Made by a program: the position numbers and the translations under genes. Positions 42,346-59,410 of a DNA stretch of 64,000 nt are shown here, piece by piece. The stretch is from the human T2T-CHM13v2.0 reference genome, Homo sapiens. The stretch lies in the NCBI RefSeq assembly GCF_009914755.1, contig NC_060930.1; one strand, given 5' to 3'. The notes below the pieces were generated by a model that made no database searches, was not told the origin of the DNA, and saw nothing but the letters and a program-made list of their open reading frames with translations. Position 1 is the first letter of the stretch. Each line of letters begins with the position of its first letter.

Positions 42346-43471
42346 ATAATATATGTTTTTAGCATTAACTAATATTATTACTAATCAGCCCTTTTTGTCA
42401 AGTAGGCACTAAATAGCCTAGTCTCTGAGCTGGATTTATGAGTCTGATTATATCTCATTATGGCAAGCATTCAATATCCATTTATTATTGTTGTTGTTAT
42501 TATTATCTTTCAAATGGCAGTGTTGCCAGAAGGCAATTAGTAGTATTCTCACAAGGCCCTCCTCCTGATACCATCACTGTGAGAAAGGATTCTAACATAT
42601 AGATTTGAGGAGTATACAAACATTCACACTGAAGCAATATGTTGAATAGAAAATATTTCTAAAAATCTAGAAAGGGATAAATAAGATTTCTACAAACAAG
42701 GTTTTGTTTTGTTTTGTTTTTTTGGCTGCAAAATTTTGTGACAGTGACTTCTGCTTTCTGGCAAAAGTGGAAAAACAAGAATGGATTTATCATGCTGTTT
42801 GAAACAAATTTAAAAATCCAGCAAAATATATGAAACAATGGTTTTCTGGACAGTGGCTATCAGGCAGTGCAGGAGAGTGATACCACAGAGAGAGAAAACA
42901 AACAAGATGAACATTATGTTTGCCCCAGATTACTTCCTTAAGAGCATTTTCAGGTCATGACACAGGGGTGGGGATCACTGGTAGATTCCAGCAGATTCCC
43001 TAGGTTGAGAACAGGGAACTAAGGGTCCAAGGATGCCCAAGTAGCTGGAGTTCAGAAGACAGAGTGTTTGCAAAAAGAGAGTTGCACCAAAAAGGAATCC
43101 AGGAAATAGGCAACGAACAAACCCTGACTTATAGCAGAGTACCAGTCAGTGCTCACATGTGAGAAAACTACCTGAGGCCAGGAAAAACATTACCTGAACG
43201 AATCAGAAAGAACAGTGCCTGACATTCACAACGGCTGAGAATTGTTCTTTTTTTCACCAGCCAAAGTGGAAATTTTCATAATTCATGGGGCACTGTGTAG
43301 AGTACTCAAGAAGGTCTTGCCTCAGTAAGTGGGAAATAATTAGACCTTTACCTAGCACTGCTTCTGACATGTCTATCAAATCATAAAAGTAAGATTCCCC
43401 AAAATCAAACTGTTTTCATGTAATTTAACTGCATCTCAGAACAATGCTCAATTGTATTTATAGGAATATTA

Positions 43472-46972
<3,501 letters not shown>

Positions 46973-47439
46973 ACAATGAGATCACATGGACACAGGAAGA
47001 GGAATATCACACTCTGGGGACTGTTGTGTGGTGAGGGGAGCAGGGAGAGATAGCATTGGGAGATATACCTAATGCTAGATGACGAGTTAGTGGGTGCAGT
47101 GCACCAGCATGGCACATGTATACATATGTAATTAACCTGCACAATGTGCACATGTACCCTAAAACTTAAAGTATAATAAAAAAAAAAAGATATTCTGGCA
47201 TGCAAAGAAGCAAGAAAACATGACCCTTAATAAGTAGAATAATCAATCAATTAAAACTGACACAGAACTCACACGTTAGAAATAACAGACAAAGATATTT
47301 AAAAGGTGTTATACTCCATGTCCTTCAAAATTAAGTAGAGACATAGTACTTATCAAAATATTCAAATTAAAATTTTAGGAATAAAAACTACAATTAGTGA
47401 AATTAAAAAACACACTAGATAGGATTAATGATATGGTAG

Positions 47440-47767
<328 letters not shown>

Positions 47768-50700
47768 ATAGATTAGTGAATTTAAAGACACAGCAATAGA
47801 AACTATCAGAAATGAATCATAGAGACTAAAACAAATTTTAAAAATCTTAACAGAGCATCTGAGAGCTGTGAAAGAACTTCAAGTGGCCCAGTATAGATGT
47901 AGTTGGAGTCCCTGAGTGCCAAGTGATAGGGGGAATGGATAGAAAAATAATGGCCAAAATATTTCCAAATTTGAGACAACTAAAATCTATGAATACAAAA
48001 AAAATGAAGAAACAACACCAAGACACAATAAACAAATTGTTCAAGACCAGTGATAAAGAGAAAATCTTAAGAGCAGCTCAAGGAAAAAGAAACACTATCC
48101 ATACAGGAATAAAGATATGTATAACAGATTTCTCAATAGGAATAATGTAAGTGAGCAGACAAGAGAGAAACATCCTTAAAGTGCTGAAAGGAAAAACACC
48201 TTTAAACTGCTAGACCTAGTAAAATAGCTCATTTTTTAAAAAGTGAAATTGGAAGAACTTAGAGCTAGCAGATCATCACTACAAGAAATGTTAAAATATG
48301 TCCTTCAATCAGACAAATGGTATCACATGGTATTATGGATCTACACAAAGGAATGGTAAGCACCACAAACGATAACCCTAAGAGTAAATACCTAACATTT
48401 TTTCCTTTATAGTTATATCTTCTAAAAAGATAAATGACTATTAAAACAAATTACAATGCATTCTGAAATTTATAAAAAGTAAATAAAATGTATATCAACA
48501 ATAACATGAAGACTAGGAGGAGAAAAATGAAATGTACTAGTGTAAGTCTCTTGTACTGTACATGAAGTGGTATAATATTGCTTGAAGATAGACAATGGTA
48601 AGCTAGTAATATGCTGTAAACAACCACTAAAACAGGAGCAATAATAACAATGACACAAACCACATCAAAATAACTACATCTAATAAACAAAGAATTTTAA
48701 AAATATAATTAATACAAAAGAAGACTGGAAAAGAGAAAAGGGGGAACAAACGACTCATGGGACAGAGCAAAAACAAACAGCAAGGTGATAGACCTAGGCC
48801 TTACAATATCAACTATCACATTAAATGTAAATATTGTAACTGCCCCAAATAAAAGGCAGAGATTGTCAGAGTAGAAATAAAAAAATAAGACTATATTTTG
48901 CTTGCAAGAAGTGCACTTTTACTCAACCATAAGAAATCAATCAACACAATTAAAACGTGTTTACAATATTTGCACAGACCTTCCACCAAAGATACATGGA
49001 TGGCAAAGAAGCATATGATATGACATACAATATCATTAGTTATAGGGAAATGCAAATCAAAACCACAATGTGATACCACTATAGCCCTAGTAGAATGTCT
49101 AAAATTAAGGAATGACTATACTAAGAGTTGGTGAGGATGTGAAGAAATGGGAACATTCATACTTTTTTGTGTGTGGAAATTTAAAACGGTATGGAGTTTG
49201 GAAAACAGTTTAGCAATTTCTTAAAAAGGTCACCACACCTACCATATAATCCAGTCATTCTACTCCTATGAATTTACCTAAGGGGGCAAAAGCTTATGTT
49301 TACACAAAGACTTATTCATGTATGCTCATAGCCATTTTATTTGTAATAGTCAGAAACTGAAAAGAACATAAACATCAACAGATGAATGAATAAATATATT
49401 GTGGTGTGGCCATAAATGGAAAGTTACTTAGCAATATAATTTTTAAAAAAGATTTATATATGAAACAATTTGGATGAATCTTAAAATAAATATACTTACT
49501 GAAAAAAGCCATACCAAAAAAAGTGCATGTTGTTTGATTCCATTTATATAGACTTCTAGAAAATGTAAAATAATCTCCAGTGATAAAAAGCAGATCTGGT
49601 TGGGAAGAGGGGAATGAGTAGAGGAAAACAAGGGAGAGAGGGATTACAAAGAAGCATGAGGAAACTTTTTGGGGTAATGAATATGTTCACTATCTTGACT
49701 GTGGTGATGGTTTCATGGATGTCAAAACTTATCAAATTTAACATTTTAAATATGTGCTGTTGATGAAATGTGAATCATACCTCAGTAAAACTTAAAACAA
49801 CGATGGTTTTCTGCTGAGCCTTTCTTCCTCTTCAATATTCAATAAATGTGTCACAGAACTACAGAAACCTTAAAGGTTCAAAATGCTAATGCCGGATGAA
49901 AGAATAATCTGGCATACTTTCAACAGGCATAGAGAACTGGAGTGATATGGTACTTTAGATTTCACGGCTCTTCATGACTGGGCGGATAGAAATGGACTTA
50001 CTTGTGGTTGATCTTGACTTTGCTTTTCTCATTAGTCTGTATTTTTATGTAATTCATACCATATTAAAATGATAGTTTGATATTAACAAATATACTTTTA
50101 ATTATTATGGACTAAGTATTCTAGATAGTATAAAAAATACAATGCATGCAAAACAACCCAAAACTTTTCCTTGGGAGATCTTTGTATGTACATGTACTTA
50201 TAGATGATCAGATAAAAACAAAATGTATGTCTAACCAATTTTGAAGAAATGAATCCCAATTTTAAATTGAGTAGAATGCTAACAACGCAATCTCACCCAA
50301 TTAACCTGTGATATTAATTGTAATTTTCTCTGGAAGTTTAGTTGTTACATGTCTCTAATTGATCTGTATTTATTTTAGAAAGTGTTAAACTGTTCAAATG
50401 TTCAAATGATTGATAAATCATTGATTTTTATTTAGTATGGCACTAGGCATCAATTAAAGATTTTATAGTTCAATTGCACATTGAACTATACATCATTATT
50501 ATGTTCAGAATAACTTATCCATGTAGACAAATCGATGAGTGGAGATATTGACAGCAAATCAGAAATAAAATTGTCTGCTTTACAAAAGGTAATGTTAGAA
50601 TGCATCAATTTCAAATAATGAAATAAATTTGTAATGCCAAAACAAAGAAATAAAACAGCAACCATTGTAAAAGTCACAGATCAAGCAGCAGCAAGACTTC

Positions 50701-51119
50701 AGTTAGAATGAGTAAATGATAGTGAAAATTTACTGAATTTGCTTCTAAATTATGTTGTTTCTGATTCCAAACCAATGTAAAAAGTTGTGAAGCTGTTGTA
50801 ACAATACCCAAGCAGCTTTGTGGGCTGTAGATACCATAATGAAAAAGAGTAGCAGAATGTGTTGGAATGGCAAGAAGAGGAGAAAGTGCTTTGGGTCTTA
50901 AATTGAATTCTCTCTCTGTTCTTTCTGAGTGGCAAATGTGAGTATGTTTTACAGATACATTAATGGTGTCTAAGGTGGGTTTTTGTTTAACCTATATTAG
51001 TCTCTAGACAACAATTAGCTTTTTATAATCTAAATTTGAATTTTATATGAATATAATTGCCTATACTGCTAACATCATTTTGAAACAGGCATTTATAGTT
51101 AATGAATTAAAAGTGTATT

Positions 51120-53660
51120 TCTTACAACTATCATACTCAATGGTGAAAACCTGAAAGTTTTTTCTCTAAGACCTGGAAAAAGGCAAGGATGTCCTCTCTC
51201 ACCACATCTATTCAATATAGTATTGAAAGTCCTAGCAAAAGCAATCCAGAAAGGAAAAGTAAAACTATCTTATATCATGCACATAACATGACCTTACATG
51301 TAGAAAATCCTAAAGGTGCCACAAAAAAACTGTTAGAACTAATAAGTGAACTCAGTAAAGTTACATTACAGAACACAAAATTAATATGCAAAAATTTGTT
51401 GTGTTTCTACACACTAAACAACCTATCCATAAAGAAAATTTAAAAAATATTTATAATAGCATCTAAAAGAATAAAGTACTTAGAAATAAACTCAACCAAG
51501 TAAGTGAAAGACTTGTACATTGAAAACTACAAAACATTGATGAAATAAAATTTAAAAGATACAAATAAATAGAAGGACATTCTGTGTTCATGGATTTGAA
51601 GAACTGATATTGTTAAAATGTCCATACTTCCCCAAACAATCTACAGATTCAATGCAATCTTTATCAAAATCCCACTGGCAGTTTTCCAGAAATAGAAAAA
51701 AGAATCCTAAAATTTACTTGAAACTACAAAAGACTCCAAATAGCCAAAGAAATTTTGAGCACTAAGAACAAAACCAGAGGTATCACATTCTATTACATCA
51801 AAACATATTATAAAGCTACAGTAATCAAAACAGTATGGTACTGGAATAAAAACAGATATATGGGACAATGAAACAGAATAGAGAGCCCAGAAATAAACCC
51901 ACACATATATTGCCAACTGATCTTTGACAAGGATGCCAAGAATATACAATGAGGAAAAGATAATCTATTCAGTAAATGGTGTCGGGAAAATTGAATATCC
52001 ACATGTAAAGCATAAAAGTGGGCCCTATATACAAAAATTAACTCGAAATGGATTAAATACTTACATGTAGAACTGGAAACAATAAAAGTCTTTAAATAGA
52101 GGAAAAAGTTTGCAGACATTGGACTGGGCAATGATTTCTGGGATATCACACCAAAAACACAGGTAAAAAACAAAAAATAAACAAGTAGGATTACATAAAA
52201 TGTAAAGCCTTTGCACAGTAAAGAAAACAATTAACAAAATGAAAAGGCAACCTAGGGAATGGGGGAAAATGTTTGTAGACTTTAATACCTACAACTCAAT
52301 AGAAAACAACAACAAATAATTTGATTTAAAAATGGGCAAAGGACCTGAACCAACATTTATCTAAAGAAGACATACAAAATGACCAATAGGTATATGAAAA
52401 TGTGTACAACATTACTAGTCATTAGTGAAATGTAAAGGAAAACTACAGTGAGATATCACCTCATACATGCTAGACTGGCTATTATCAAAAAAAAAAAAGG
52501 AGAACAAGTGTTGGTGAGAATGTAGAGAAAAGGAATTCTGTACACTGTTGGTGGGAATGTAAATTGGTACAGCCACTATGGAAAACAATATGGAGATTTA
52601 TCAAAAAATTAAAAATAGAATTGCCATTTGATCCAGCAATCCCACTTCTGGGTATATATCCAAAGTAAATTAAATCAGTATCTTGAAGAGATATCCATCC
52701 TCCCATATTCGTTGCAGCATTATTCACAGTAGCCAAGATATGGAAACAACCTGTGTTCATTGACAAATGAATCGACAAAGAAAACATTATATACATGTAT
52801 GTATACATATACACACCCACATACATGGATATAGATGTAAATGTAGACACACACACATACACACAGTGGGATATTATTCAGCCCATAAAAAGGAGGAAAT
52901 TCTCCTATCTGTGATAATATGGATGAACCTGGAAGACAGTATATTAAGTGAAATAAGCCAGACGCAGAAAGACAAACACAGCATGATCTCACTGATATGT
53001 AAAATCTAAAATAGTCATACAAATAGCAGCAGAGAGTAGAATGGCAGTTGTCAGGGACCAGGGGTGGGAGAATGGGGTGATGTTGGTCAAAGGTTGCAAA
53101 GTTTCATTTATGTAGGATGAGTAGATTTTGGAGATCTACTGTACAAAAATGGGGCCTATGAATAACAATACTGTATTGTATATTTTAAAATTTGCTAAGA
53201 TGGTAGAGCTTGTGTTAAATGCTCTTACCAAAAAGAAGGCCGGGCGCGGTGGCTCATGCCTGTAATCTCAGCACTTTGGGAGGCCGAGGCAGGCGGATCA
53301 CGAGGTCAGGAGATTGAGACCATGGTGAAACCCCGTTTCTACTAAAAATACAAAAAAAAAAATTAGCCGGGCGCGGTGGCGGGTGCCTGTAGTCCCAGCT
53401 ACTCGGGAGGCTGAGGCAGGAGAATGGCGTGAACCCGGGAGGCGGAGCTTGCAGTGAGCCGAGACTCCGTCTCAACAAAACAAAACAAAACAAAACAAAA
53501 CAAAAAAACAAAAACAACAACAACAACAAAAAACAAAAAGAAAAAACAAAACAACAAAAATGGAAGAGGAAGAAACTTTTGGAGGTGTTGGTTAAGTTTA
53601 TAGCATTGATTTTGGTAACAGTTTCATGGGAGTATACTTTTCCCCAAACATAGCAAGTTT
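51120..53660 (+). mobile_element. L1MA9/L1MB-type 3' portion
   Basis: Degenerate ORF2 from the IILNGE region onward; 3' UTR ggagatctactgtac...gaaacttttggaggtg. Confidence 0.85.
53238..53550 (+). mobile_element. AluY, Yd-type (12-bp left-arm deletion), with an extra ~38-bp right-arm deletion and a (CAAAA)n/(CAA)n tail
   Basis: gagaccatggtgaaacc lacks 12 nt of the AluY consensus; gtgagccgagactccgtctc joins two CGAGA motifs. Confidence 0.85.
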
Positions 53661-55522
53661 ACATAATGGCAAATATTGTGTCTTGTTTTTACGTTCACAG
53701 CATTTTGCACAGAGCTTGGCAGTTACATAGTAGATGTTGAACAATTTCTTCTGTGTTTCAGCTGTCAAACTGTTCTGAATGTGTGAGGTACTGTATTTAT
53801 CTTTGAAACAGTATTTTCATGTCTGTGAAGTGCAGTTTCCTGTGTAATACTAATAAAGGGGTATAATCCTTATTTTCCTATTTTTTAAATCAAATTCTCA
53901 TAAGTGTCTTAGAAAACCCTCTCACATGCAAGGTATAAGGTTACTTCTTTTTTCTGGATTTTAGAACTAGGTAGGCACGATGTATTATTAGTCTTTGTAT
54001 TCCCAATGTCTGACACATAGTATATGCTCAGTTTATTTTAGTTGAAAGATTAAATGAATGATTAAGAGCAAATTGTGTAGTGTCCAATGTCACTGGACAG
54101 GAGTTTGAATCTAAGGATATCATGTATTGAACAACAATTATGTATGAGACCCTGTGCTAGAGCTGAGGATACAAAGGTGAATACAGGAATCTATCCAGCC
54201 TGAAAGAGGCAGCTATGCAAAAAGATCAATTATATATCTCATTGGAAGTGCTGTACCCCAAGTATGAATGAAGATCTATGGAATTACTAGTAAAGGAGAC
54301 TAGATGATACTTGTGGTGAGACTTGAAAATGAGAGACGTGATTGCCAATGATTTGATTTAAGCTAATCAAGGACAAAAAATCTTTAGAATAACATGTTGA
54401 ACTTAACCAAGCCTGCTTGCAAAAGGGTAGACATAAATAAGATCAGGTTTCCAAAGGAATGGATGGATAAATGCAGATATATTGCAATGTATTTCCTGAG
54501 TTTAAGTTGCATAGCTCCTTCAACAAACAACTATTTTAAGTGATCTGGATAAGATTGACAGTGGTAATTTGTCATTTTGCAATAGCCCATGTTATTAAGA
54601 CAAAGAGGAAGGAGAGCATTCTGAGTAAAAAGAACAGCTTATGCAAAGGTGCACAGAAGTTGAGAGGACAGTGAGCTTAATGTGACCAGAGTTTTTAGGG
54701 GAGAGTGTCTGAGATGGACTGGGCTAGTTAATAAAGGACAAATTTTTGCCTCTTTAGGAGTTCAGGACGTGGTCAATGTCAAAGAGGGGCCAGTAAAGGT
54801 TTGTAATTAGGGAAGAGACATGATCAAAGTGTTTTCGAGAGGGTAAATTTCACAAGCAGCATCTTCTGGCGGCTGCTTCCTACTGTCCTTAGTAATTCAT
54901 TAAGGAGCTGGCTGTCAGAAAGCAGGACCGAGACTCGGTAGGATATAAGTCAATGAAGAATTATGATTATTCATAGTGTATTACTAGCAAATTGTTGCTA
55001 AATAGATTTTGTTAAAATATCTTGTGATATGTGCATATCTATTATTTATCCACATAAGTAATTTGCATCATGTGAGTGTCTGGCTTGTGCTGTGGTCCCA
55101 GGAAACCTGCAAAGCAAACCATCATATATAAACTTACATTTCTTTATGTGAGTGCTTTATTATTTCATCTTGTTGACAAATTAGATCACTTCCCCTCTCC
55201 TTGTCGTATGACCATAACTTAAGACAAATCTCTTAGGTCTATCATCTATATTCTCACTTCCTCATTTCTTTATTCTTCATGTTTCACAATTCCTTAATTT
55301 AGACCCTAATTTGGGTTTCTTAATGTTTATTCCTTACAGACATGTATTACTGAATAAGCCCCATAATTTTTACTTGTGCAAAACATCTCTAAATTGAAAA
55401 AGATGATAAAAAACAAATCAAAAAATTTTTAAAGTAAATAAAAAACAACTCACAAATCACCAAATCTCTCAACTGTAGAATGGCAGTTGTCAGGGACCAG
55501 GGGTGGGAGAATGGGGTGATGT

Positions 55523-55605
55523 CATGAAAACAAAATAACGCCTGTTCCTCAAAAAACCTGTGGAAATAAAAAATTAAAAATTAAAAAATAAAAAATAAAA
55601 ACAGC
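55523..55605 (+). mobile_element. Orphan L1PB-like extreme 3' end with A-rich tail
   Basis: catgaaaacaaaataacgcctgttcctcaaaaaacctgtggaaataaaaaatt resembles the L1PB terminus catgtaaccaaacaccacctgttccccaaaaacctatggaaataaaaa. Confidence 0.65.
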
Positions 55606-55996
55606 AACAACAAAACAATAAAGCCTCTTGGAAAGAGGCTGTATTTAGCAATCTGGTACAAAGAAAGAAATTTTTTTTTTTTTTTTTTTGGGTAAGCCAC
55701 TTAGCTTATGAACAAAATAATAGCCCATGAATTAAATTTTAAAATGTTTGGAGAATAAAGCTAAGGTTAAAAAAAAAGAGAAACTGCATTCTTTCCAAGT
55801 AAAAAGCCCAAAGGGATCAAAGTTTGATGATGCCCTAGATTCTGTGACAGTCTACACTGAAATAATTATTTGTTCCTTTTGAATTGCCACGTTTTAGGTC
55901 ATTAGTAGTGAGCAAATGTATTAATGCCACTATCATTTTTTGCTAATGTTCTTCTTTCTTCAGCCTAGTAATTTGAAACTATCAAATAAAATTTAT

Positions 55997-55998
<2 letters not shown>

Positions 55999-56040
<42 letters not shown>
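55999..56040. repeat. (AC)21 microsatellite
   Basis: Perfect dinucleotide run. Confidence 0.97.
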
Positions 56041-56042
<2 letters not shown>

Positions 56043-56216
56043 TGAGACCGTGGTGCCTTTCTATTTATTTCTAGTATGGAACATTCAGAAACATAAATTG
56101 TAACATTTTTGTAAACTGCTATAATTTCATTATTTGGATTGAACATCTTCTTGCCCATAATTGTGACCATCTCAGGTACCTGGCTTAAGCCTGTTAGTTA
56201 GTTCACATATTGGCAT

Positions 56217-56603
56217 TGCTATAGATGGAATTATTTCCCCATGCAAATTCAACTATTGAAGTCCTAACCCCTAATGTTATGACGTTTAGAGATGGGGCCT
56301 TTGGGAGATATTAGATTTAGATGAGATTATGAAGGTGGAGCCCTCATGGTGAGATTAGTGCCATTATAAAGAGATACCAGAGAGCTTTCACTTTCTCTTT
56401 CCCATGTGAGGACATAGAAGTAGATGAAAAGATGGTTGCTAAAAAGAGTTCTCACCAGAACCCAACCATGTGACATCCTGATCTTGGACTGCCAGCCTCC
56501 AGAACTGTGTGAAAATGGATGAATAAATGAATGAACAAATAAAATCTATTGTTTCCACTGAGTCTATGGTATTTTGTTATGGCAGCCTGAGCTGACTAAG
56601 ACA
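56217..56603 (+). mobile_element. MLT1A/MSTD-like MaLR LTR
   Basis: tgctatagatggaatt...cagcctccagaactgtg...gcagcctgagctgactaagaca. Confidence 0.85.
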
Positions 56604-58364
56604 GGTGGCCTTTGACCCTGTTTAGGAGATTCCTGTCAGGATTTAGAAGCAGACGTTTAATTTCCATCACAGTTCAAGCTACTAGTCCAGCTGCAATAAG
56701 AAGCAACATGCATTTGAGTAAGTTCTGAAGCGGGCTTCATTTCAGGAGCTGTGCCTCAGTATGGGCAGAGGCCCGGGCAATCTCTCCAAGAGTTGGGTTC
56801 AGCTGCATCTTGGCTTACTGGCTGCCTCAGTGAGAATTTCTAAACAAAGCAGAATAGCAGGAAACCTCTGACCAGTTTACCTTTTATGCTTTCATTTCCT
56901 ATTTTTTTTCTTTTTTGGTAACTTTCTTTGACTTAAGGTGACAAAAGAGCACCTTTTGCAGAAGCTAGGACAATGTGGTAGAGTGAAACAAACCTGAATT
57001 TGGTGTCAGAAAGTCTGAGATTCACATCCAGGCCCTATTTGGAAATCTATGCATTTATGCATCCTTCCTCTGGTGATCTGATTCCATGGAGCTATTTTAC
57101 AACTCTTTGTTAAACTTACCTGGTAGTCACACAAATTCTGTCCTGTGCACCACAAGCTCTATTGACTTCCCTCTTCCTCACCTTTATCCCCAAGGGGGAA
57201 AAACAGTTGCTTTCATTTGCCATTAATTTCAATATTCTTTTATGCCATATAAATTTGTGCTTCTTGACTTCTTTTTTGAAATGGTTGTAACATCTGTCTG
57301 CTTCCCTCATTGAATGTGTTAAACAAAATCTTTAACGTCTATTCATTTTTATATCTGTATGAAAGTCACACTTTAACCTTTTTCTGAAAATTATTTTTTA
57401 ACACCCAGCTTCCTCATTTGGAAAATGGGGATAATAATAACTCTCTTATCCTCCTTTCTACATTTCTGGGATTAAACGAGTTATAATTAACTGGATTGAA
57501 ATGATCATTAAGGGTTGAAAATGTGTCTTATCTACTTTTGTTTTCCTAACACCTTGGAAAGAGAATCTGCACATCAAAGTGCTCTTTATGATAAAATACA
57601 AGACAAACAGGACGTGGTTTTATCATTATCAGACATTATTAGCAGCATGAGTGGCAGCAACCTCTGACCTCCTTTTGCAAGTGGCCAGAGGGTTCATGTC
57701 AGGTGGCATTCAAAGAGCCAAAGGTGTAGAAGTCTCACGCTGGGCCAACAGGGACGTAGATACTTGACAGTGGTTTCCAATTCCAGGGAGGAGGCCACTT
57801 ATGGAAGAGAAGGCTTAAAGGAGACTGGAAGATTTGCTTCTTGAGTTCTGGGTCCTTTGCCACCAGAGATTCAGGGAACAAAAGTGTTTTCTCCACACAA
57901 ACATTAGCTTGTCTAGTACACAATCACTTGTCACTTCTGGCCTTTGCCTGTGCTGATTGATGGGGGAAGGTAGACAGAGAGGGGACAGGGGCAACATTTC
58001 TGGTATGCAAAAATCTTACAGTGAATATAAAGATTTGTCAACACACTTCAAGGTTGCCAACAGATTGGCCAGATCTGTATTCTATTATTTATATTAAAAA
58101 CACTTCAGTTCCAGCATATAAAATCTAAAACTTTTAAATGGGAAGTTAAAGCTCAAATTTGAGGTCACTATAGGGGAAATATTCTCTGCTATTTTTTAAC
58201 TGTTTCAGTATTTTTAGTTTCACTTTTCTACTCTTCGTCACTCTCTGATCTCAGAAAGAACAGGTGCACTAAACATCTTGTTCATGAACATTACCAACTC
58301 AAGGTTCACAGGAAGGCAACTTGCATTCATTAGATGAGTATCCAAATTCATCCCTCTATCACAC

Positions 58365-58661
58365 TGTAGTAGACTGATTAATGACCCCCAAAATACCAGG
58401 TCTTAATCCCTCCCTGTACATGTTATCTTATATGGAAAAATGACTCTTATAAAAGGAATTAAGCAAAGAATTTGAGATGGGGGAGATTATCCTGGATTAA
58501 CCTGGTGGACCCTCCATGCAGTCACAGGTGTCACTACAAGAGAGAGGCAAAATGAAACAGGAGGATCACTTGAGTCCGGGAGGCTGAAGCTGCAGTGGGC
58601 TGTGATTGCACTGCTGAACGTGAACCTGGGCAACAGAGTCACACGCTGTCTTCAAAAAAGA

Positions 58662-58729
<68 letters not shown>

Positions 58730-58955
58730 GTGAAGGAAGATTTGACACAGACAGAAGAGAAAAGGCACTATAACCACAGAGGTAGTTTGGAGTATGTCAC
58801 CATTAGCACCAGAAGCTGCCCTGGCAACACTTTGATTTTATCCCAGAAAAACTGATTTCAGTTTCTGCTCTCCAGAACTGAGAGAATTAATTCCTGCGGT
58901 TCTAAGCCACTCAGTTCATGGAAATTTGTTACAACACTCACAGGAATTAAATACA
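58365..58955 (+). mobile_element. MLT1C/D-like LTR containing an AluJ right-arm fragment (58557-58660) and a (TA)n(GA)n microsatellite (58662-58723)
   Basis: tttgagatggggagattatcctggatt...tccagaactgagagaa...ttgttacaac...taaataca. Confidence 0.8.
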
Positions 58956-59013
58956 GATACCTCCACAAAAACTCTCTTCTAGACTAAAAACAAAACAAAA
59001 CAACTTTGCCAAG

Positions 59014-59410
59014 TGCATTAGTTTGCTAGGGCTGCCATAACAAAGTACCACAAACTGGGTGGCTTAAACAACAGAAATTGTTTTTCTCACAATTCTAGAG
59101 GCTAGAAGTTTGAGGTCAAGTTGATTTATTTTGGGTTGATTTCTTCTGAGGCCTCTTTCCTTAGCTTATAGATGGTGCCTTCTTCCTGTGTTCTGACATA
59201 GTTTTCCCTCTGTACCTGTCTGTGTCCAAAGCTCCTCTTCTTGTAAGAGTGGCAGTCCAATTGGATTAGGGTCCACCAATATGACCTCATTATACCTAAA
59301 TTACCTCTTTAAAGGCATTGTCTCAAAACACAGTCATATTCTAAGGCCCTGGGGGTTAGGACCTCAACGTACAACTTTTTTGAAGTGGAGATACAATTCA
59401 TCCCATAATG
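59014..59410 (-). mobile_element. MLT1B/C-like MaLR LTR
   Basis: tgcattagtttgctagggctgccataacaaagtaccacaaactgggtggc...acaattcatcccataatg; perfect TSD ccaag. Confidence 0.88.
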
